A DNA stretch of 63,987 bases, counting the filler, from Pirum gemmata (taxonomy: Eukaryota), in NCBI GenBank assembly GCA_002812295.1. It is 25 parts of 25 records of this genome, joined end to end, with 100 filler letters (N's around TTAATTAATTAA, not from the genome) between each part and the next. Parts side by side here need not be neighbours in the genome. Positions count along the whole stretch, not along the records: positions 59,078 to 61,479 come from PDIN01006464.1; positions 61,580 to 63,987 come from PDIN01006466.1; 23 more parts are not named here. One strand, 5' to 3'. The translations under genes and the position numbers were made by a program. Positions within the stretch are counted from its first letter, which is position 1; each line of letters starts with the position of its first letter. Shown one piece after another: positions 60,081 to 63,987 of this stretch. The notes under the pieces were generated by a model. That model did not search any database. It had not been told where the DNA came from and saw only the letters and a program-made list of their open reading frames with translations.

Positions 60081-60209
60081 CCTACTATACGATCTCCCCC
60101 CATTTCACAAAAATAACCTCTGGTTTGCTGGCATTGATTGTTGTGGTCTAAATAAAAGTGAAATGTTGTTGTTATTAATGTTATTTGTTTTAATTAGTAC
60201 TCTTTTATA

Positions 60210-61362
60210 TTGATATTGGTTGCTATTTGTTATTGTATATTATATATCATGATGTATATAATCAATAACCAATAATTAATAAACAATAAAATTATTATTA
60301 GCTATTACTTGTTGGTTAACCAATAATTAATAAACAATAAAATTATTATTAGCTATTACTTGTTGGTTATTAAAATTGGTTATTAAAAATTGATTAGTTA
60401 TTAGTTTTTGATATTTCTTGTTGTTATTGTTTATAAGTTGTTGATAATTTTTATTGTTGTTANTTTATTGTTTACTGTTATAGTTAATTGTGTATTGTAT
60501 TGTTATTATTCATTGTTGTTTATTAACATATTGTTATTTGTTGTTGCTATTTGTTATTGTATATTATATATCATGATGTATATAATCAATAACCAATAAT
60601 TAATAAACAATAAAATTATTATTAGCTATTACCTGTTGGTAATTGAAATTGTTTATTAAAAATTGATTAGTTATTAGTTGTTGATATTTCTTGTTGTTGT
60701 TATTGTTTATAAGTTGTTGTTGTTGTTATTTATTGTTTATTGTGTATTGTTATTGTTAATTGTGTATTGTATTGTTATTATTCATTGTTGTTTATTAATA
60801 TATTGTTATTGGTTGCTATTTGTTATTGTATATTATGTATCATGATATATATAATCTATAACCAATAATTAATAAACAATAAAATTATTATTAGCTATTA
60901 CTTGTTGGTTTTTGAAATTGGTTATTAAAAATTGATTGTTGTTATTTTTTATTGATGTTATTGTTTATTGTGTTTTGTTATTGTTAATTGTGTATTGTAT
61001 TGTTATTATTTATTGTTGTTTATTAATATATTGTTATTTGTTACTATTTGTCATTGTATATTATATATCATGATATATATCAATAACCAATAATTAATAA
61101 ACAATAAAATTATTAGTAGCTATTACTTGTTGGTTATTGTAATTGGTTATTAAAAATTAATTAGTTATTAGTTGTTGATATTGTTTATAGTTGTTATTTT
61201 TTATTGTGTATTGTTATTCTTAATTTTGTATTGTATTGTTATTATTTATTATTGTTGATTAATATATAGTTATTTGTTATTATATATTATATATACCATG
61301 GTATATAATCAATAACCAATAATTAACAAACAATAAAATTATTAGTAGCTATTACTTGTTAT
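60210..61362. repeat. AT-rich ~250-300-bp tandem satellite, about 4 copies
   Basis: AACCAATAATTAATAAACAATAAAATTATTA(T/G)TAGCTATTAC recurs at ~60267, 60319, 60591, 60860, 61086 and 61315. Confidence 0.8.
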
Positions 61363-62242
61363 AATATACATATTATTCTTATTCTTATTACTATTATTAT
61401 ACATTATTATTATTATTATTATTATACATTATTATTATTATTATTATTATACATTATTATTATTATTATTATATATTATNNNNNNNNNNNNNNNNNNNNN
61501 NNNNNNNNNNNNNNNNNNNNNNNTTAATTAATTAANNNNNNNNNNNNNNNNNNNNNNNNNNNNNNNNNNNNNNNNNNNNATAATAATAATAATACTGATA
61601 ATGATAATGATAATGATTATAATTATAATAATAATATGATATTAATGATAATGATAATGATATATAATAATATAAAATGAATAATAATGATAATAACAAT
61701 ATTAATAATAATACGATTTAAGGAAACATTAAATATCATGTGCACATAATAAAGTAGGAAGGGTAAGTAATAATATTAGTAGTGATATTGGTAGTAACAT
61801 TAGTAGTAGTGGTGGTGGTTAGTGGTAGTGGTAATAGTAGTGGGGTGAAGGAGTGTGGGGGTGGTAATGGTAGTCGTGGTGATAGTGGTGGTAGTGGTAG
61901 TGGTAGTGGTGGAAGTGGTAGTGGTAATGGTACTAATGTACGTGGTAATAGTGCTAAGAGTGATAGTAGTAGTAGTAGTAGTAGTAATATCTGATAGTAG
62001 AAGTAGTAGTACTAGTAATTATAATATTAATATTAATAATATTATATTTAAATATTAATACATTTATTAATATATTAATACTAATATTATATATAATATA
62101 TAGACACAGAGAAGACAAACGTACTAGTTTTCGCACAATTATCTGTTTACCCCGCAAAAAGTGTCTATTTATATATATTATATAATATTATATTATTATT
62201 TTAATATTAATAGTAGCACTAGTATTAGTATTTGTAGTAGTA

Positions 62243-62302
<60 letters not shown>

Positions 62303-62809
62303 TAGTAGTAGTAGTAGTATGGTTTTTAATATTTACAACACATATATAAAAAAATAAAATAAGAAAAATCTCAGTTTTTATTTATTTATTATTTTTGTTT
62401 ATAAAATTACTATTAATTAATAATACTAATTATAGTAGTAGTAGTAGTAGTAGTAGTACTAGAAGAACTAGTAGTAGTACTAGAAGTACTAGTAGCAGTA
62501 GTAGTATTAGTAATAGTACTATAGTAGCAGTATTATAGTAGTATTAATAGTAGTAGCAATAGTAGTAGTAGTAGCAGTAGTAGTAGTAGTAATAGATTTA
62601 GAAGTATTAGTAGTAGTATTAATACTAGTGTAAATAGTAGTAGTAGTAGTAATTAATAGGAATAATAGTAGTAGTAGTAGTAATAGTACTGTAATAGTAA
62701 TATTTTAATAGTAATAGTAGTACTAGTACTAGTAAAAGTGATAGTAATAATAATAATAATTATATGCGTAGTAGTAGAGTAGTAATAGTTAAGTTTAAGG
62801 TTATTAATA

Positions 62810-62840
<31 letters not shown>

Positions 62841-63987
62841 ATAGTATTAATAGCTAGATGTATTAATAGTAGTAGCTACAGTAACAGTAATCATAATAAT
62901 ATTAATTATCGATATATATAATACTAGCTATATATAGTAGTATTAAAATAGTAGAACTACGTACACATATCATTATAGTATATATACGTATTATATACAT
63001 AGTATTACGTAGTACGTAGTAGTAGTAGTAGTAGTAGTATTAATAGTATCTAATAGTAGTATAGTGCTTTTCATTTGTTTTGTCATCTGTTAGCTTTGCT
63101 AACAAATCATGACTATAAACAATAAATTATACATAAACATATACCAATATAATCATTATAAGTTAACAAGCAAGTTTATTTAAATAGCTTTAGTAAATAA
63201 CTAAATATAAAATAACAACAAAACTTAAAAAAAACTAAAAACTGACTCTTTCAAAATTCAATAACTACAAAAATCGCTTATATATAAAATAGCTCTCGCT
63301 AGTCAAACCACTAGCCAACAAGTAAAAACTTCAACAACAGCAAAACTATAATAACATATATACATGCTATATATGTATATATAAATACCAAATATAGTAA
63401 CACCTCAACACATCTTAAAATAATTAATACAATATACATCTATTTAATTTAATTTGGAATTTTTTATTATTTATATTTTGATTTAAAAATGTCAATTTAA
63501 AGATTATAATCCACCAAATAAATATTCAGGATAATAATAATAATAGTAGCAATAGTAGTAATAGTAATATCATAGTAGTACGAATAGTATACATAGTGGT
63601 CCGTAGTACGTAGTAGTAGTAGTAGTAGTAGTAGTATCCAATAATAGTATTAATAGTAATAATAATAGTAGTAATAATAGTAATAGTACTAGTAGTACGA
63701 ATATTATATAATATATTATATAAAATCATATGCCATTATTAATTTTTTTATTTTTCTTATAATTATAATTATAAGTACTATTAAATATATATATTATTTA
63801 TAATAGTATTCTTTTGTTTTTTCTGATCATGAGAAGCTTTGAATAATATACATATAAATTATATTTAATATTTATTTACGCAGAAATAACTCATCAAATT
63901 AATTCGGTTCTTTCGGGTTGAAAAATTCTGAAACTAAACATTTTGCTAATCTTTCGAATATTACCATTATTATAACTATTATTATTA

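Overview
This window is not one continuous locus. It is 25 short (~2.3-3.1 kb) contigs or scaffolds from a fragmented eukaryotic draft assembly, joined by 24 identical artificial 100-bp spacers (N44-TTAATTAATTAA-N44), so only neighbourhoods within a piece are meaningful. The organism is AT-rich, intron-rich and microsatellite-rich. Its markers (TTAGGG repeats, ILV3, a syntenin-like tandem-PDZ protein, an LRR single-pass receptor, a DDX20-like helicase) suggest a non-animal opisthokont such as a unicellular holozoan; this is inference. Manual splicing recovers many genes the ORF track misses: AMP deaminase (8 exons), dihydroxy-acid dehydratase (3 exons), 14-3-3, NAA20, a DDX20-like helicase exon, two ankyrin proteins, a PAP2 phosphatase-like protein, a secreted/GPI-type EEP hydrolase, a DUF273 glycosyltransferase, and the AlkB and Trm9 halves of ALKBH8. 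Intergenic and intronic DNA holds more than ten families of non-autonomous DNA-transposon-like elements (MITEs). The most notable observations are: (1) the two catalytic halves of ALKBH8 are separate, convergent neighbouring genes with four tandem copies of the AlkB 3' end between them; (2) (TTAGGG)n tracts appear inserted at short TAACC/TAGGG seeds inside inverted repeats, inside an hAT-like MITE, and next to many splice donors; (3) a pervasive CTAG/AGCT/TAGAC palindromic filler appears as insertions inside repeat copies and forms blocks of about 1 kb.
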